DNA from: Malacoraja senta
Taxonomy: Eukaryota
NCBI GenBank assembly: GCA_038087875.1
Contig: JAXLNO010000161.1
Coordinates: 62,001-126,000, forward strand
Reading direction: 5' to 3'
DNA length: 64,000 nt
Part shown: positions 62,521-64,000 of the stretch, piece by piece
Layout: each line of letters starts with the position of its first letter
Position numbering within the stretch: the first letter of the stretch is position 1
Notes under the pieces: model-generated
Seen by the model: the letters and a program-made list of their open reading frames with translations, nothing else
Told to the model about the DNA's origin: nothing
The model's database searches: none
Position numbers and translations under genes: made by a program

Positions 62521-62553
62521 AGTCTGAAGAAGGGTTTCGGCCCGAAACGTTGC
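62521..62553 (+). ncRNA. Minimal type-I hammerhead ribozyme motif in Penelope pLTR
   Basis: agu CUGAAGA a GGG uuucgg CCC GAAAC GUU gc. Confidence 0.7.
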
Positions 62554-63279
62554 CTATTTCTTTCGCTCCATAGATGCTGCTGCACCCGCTGAGTTTCTCC
62601 AGCATTTTTGTGTACAAAGCGAATGGCATGTTGGCCTTCATAACAAGAGTTGAGTATTGGAGCAAAGATGTCCTTCTGCAGTTGTATAGGTTCCTAGTGA
62701 TACTACACCTGGAGTATTGTTTGCAGTTTTGGTCTCCAAATTTGAGGAAGGACATTCTTGCTATTGAGGGAGTGCAGCATAGGTTCACAACGTTAATTCC
62801 CGGGATGGCGGGACTGTCGTATGCTGAGAAAATGGAGCAGCTTGCACACACTGGAGTTCAGAAGGACGAGAGGATATCTTATTGAAACATATAAGATTAT
62901 TAAGGGTTTGGACATGCTAGAGGCAGGGAACATTTTCCCAATGTTGGGGGAGTCCAGAAACAGAGGTCAAAGTTTAAGAATAAGGGGTAAGCCATTTTGA
63001 ACGGAGATTGGGAAACATTTTTTCACTCAGAGAGTTGTGAGTCTGTGGAATTCTCTGCCTCAGTTGAGAGTGGAGGCCGGTTCTCTGGATACTTTCAAGA
63101 GAGGGCTATATAGGGCTCTTAAAGATAGCGGAGTCGGGGGATATGGGGAGAAGGCAGGAACGGGGTACTTATTGGGGATGATCAGCCATGGTCACATTGA
63201 ATGGTGGTGCTGGTTCGAAGGGCCGAATGGCCTACTCATGCACCTATTGTCTCTTGTCTAATGTCTATTGTATCAGGAC

Positions 63280-63625
63280 TAGACGTGCATTTCACCCTAC
63301 ACTTGCGCTCGGTCTTCCAAGGCCTGCTGGATCTCCCGGTTGCCAACTATTTTAACTCCCCTTCCTACTGCCACACTGATGTTTCTGTCCTGGGCCTCCT
63401 CCATTGCCAGAGTGAGGTGACACGCAAACTGGAGGAACAGCACCTCATACCTTACAGCCTAATGACATGAACATTGAATTCTGCAAATTAAGGAAACTCC
63501 CCCTTCCTAATCAAGTCCTGGAGTCTGTCCCAACCCCATCTCTTTTTTCCAGCTTTCTCCCCCGACTCCATCAGTCCAAAGAAGGGTCCAGACCCGACAC
63601 GTCACCTGTCCATTCCCCTCCAAAG
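63280..63625 (+). mobile_element. Degenerate Penelope fragment (GIY-YIG C-terminus plus eroded pLTR/hammerhead)
   Basis: HLRSV..LPVANYFNSPS..RKLEEQHLI; tcagtccaaagaagggtccagacccgacacgtcacc. Confidence 0.75.
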
Positions 63626-64000
63626 TGCCGGTAGAACTCAGCAGGTCAGCCATCCGTGGTGAGAAACGGATGGAGAAATGTTCCCATTACAAGCTCTCCT
63701 TGGCCCTGTCAAGAATGTGGTGTCCATTCTTGGGATGGTATACAAGGTCCGAGCTGACCAGTCATCGACTCCCCCCCTCCCCTCGTGGGCCATCACTTTG
63801 TCATTCCTCTGTCTTCTCGCTGGATGACAAGCAGAACCATCTTGGCTTAACAGTAGATGTATCTTCTTCCTTTTGTCCTTTCGTTTCTGCAGGTATTTAC
63901 AGCGGAATCAAAACTTCTTCCCTTAGGTCCTGATCTTCCTTTTGTTTTAGGCAAGGTAGAACCTTTGACAGTTGCGATTGGTTTAGGATCTTGAATAAGC

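Larger units (their letters stand above)
62201..62615 (+). mobile_element. 5'-truncated Penelope-like element with 15-bp TSD
   Basis: TSD aaagcgaatggcatg at 62186-62200 and 62616-62630; encodes the GIY-YIG C-terminus (VAQHFNS...RKLEEQHLIF) plus pLTR. Confidence 0.92.
60567..63270 (+). mobile_element. CR1 LINE (RT to 3' end) interrupted by hAT and Penelope insertions
   Basis: [36 protein letters not shown] and LEYCLQFWSP; same family as 15762-22722. Confidence 0.9.

Noticed and set aside
63690..64000. Unique-looking sequence at the window end
   Set aside because: No recognisable motif in the frames inspected, and it is truncated by the window edge.

Overview
Eukaryotic, repeat-saturated vertebrate DNA. 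It is most likely elasmobranch (skate/ray-like), inferred from the CR1 LINEs, HE1/V-SINE-type SINEs and the Penelope pLTR family. The only host-type gene is a tandem C2H2 zinc-finger exon (1824-2762), whose finger array is split by a ~1-kb DNA transposon with a 7-bp target-site duplication (TSD). The rest is nested mobile DNA: L2 fragments; an intron-containing Harbinger transposase pseudogene whose introns hold a Gypsy element that is itself invaded by Penelope and CR1; an internally deleted class-I (gamma/epsilon-like) endogenous retrovirus largely missed by the ORF track; a second Gypsy inside a CR1; an L1 with both ends; hAT-type elements; minisatellites; a 200-N gap; and ~23 kb of GA/CT-rich sequence with kb-scale duplications and polarity flips. 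The most notable signals are: (i) Penelope-like elements carrying minimal hammerhead-ribozyme motifs whose stem-II loop is self-complementary with the catalytic GAAAC, with a TSD-flanked fold-back hairpin insertion centred exactly on that palindrome; (ii) TTAGGG repeats at the 5' junction of a Penelope insertion; (iii) the cryptic ERV abutting the Harbinger exons; and (iv) copies of the ZNF splice-acceptor region stranded inside the GA arrays. All family assignments come from motif recognition by eye; no database search was run.
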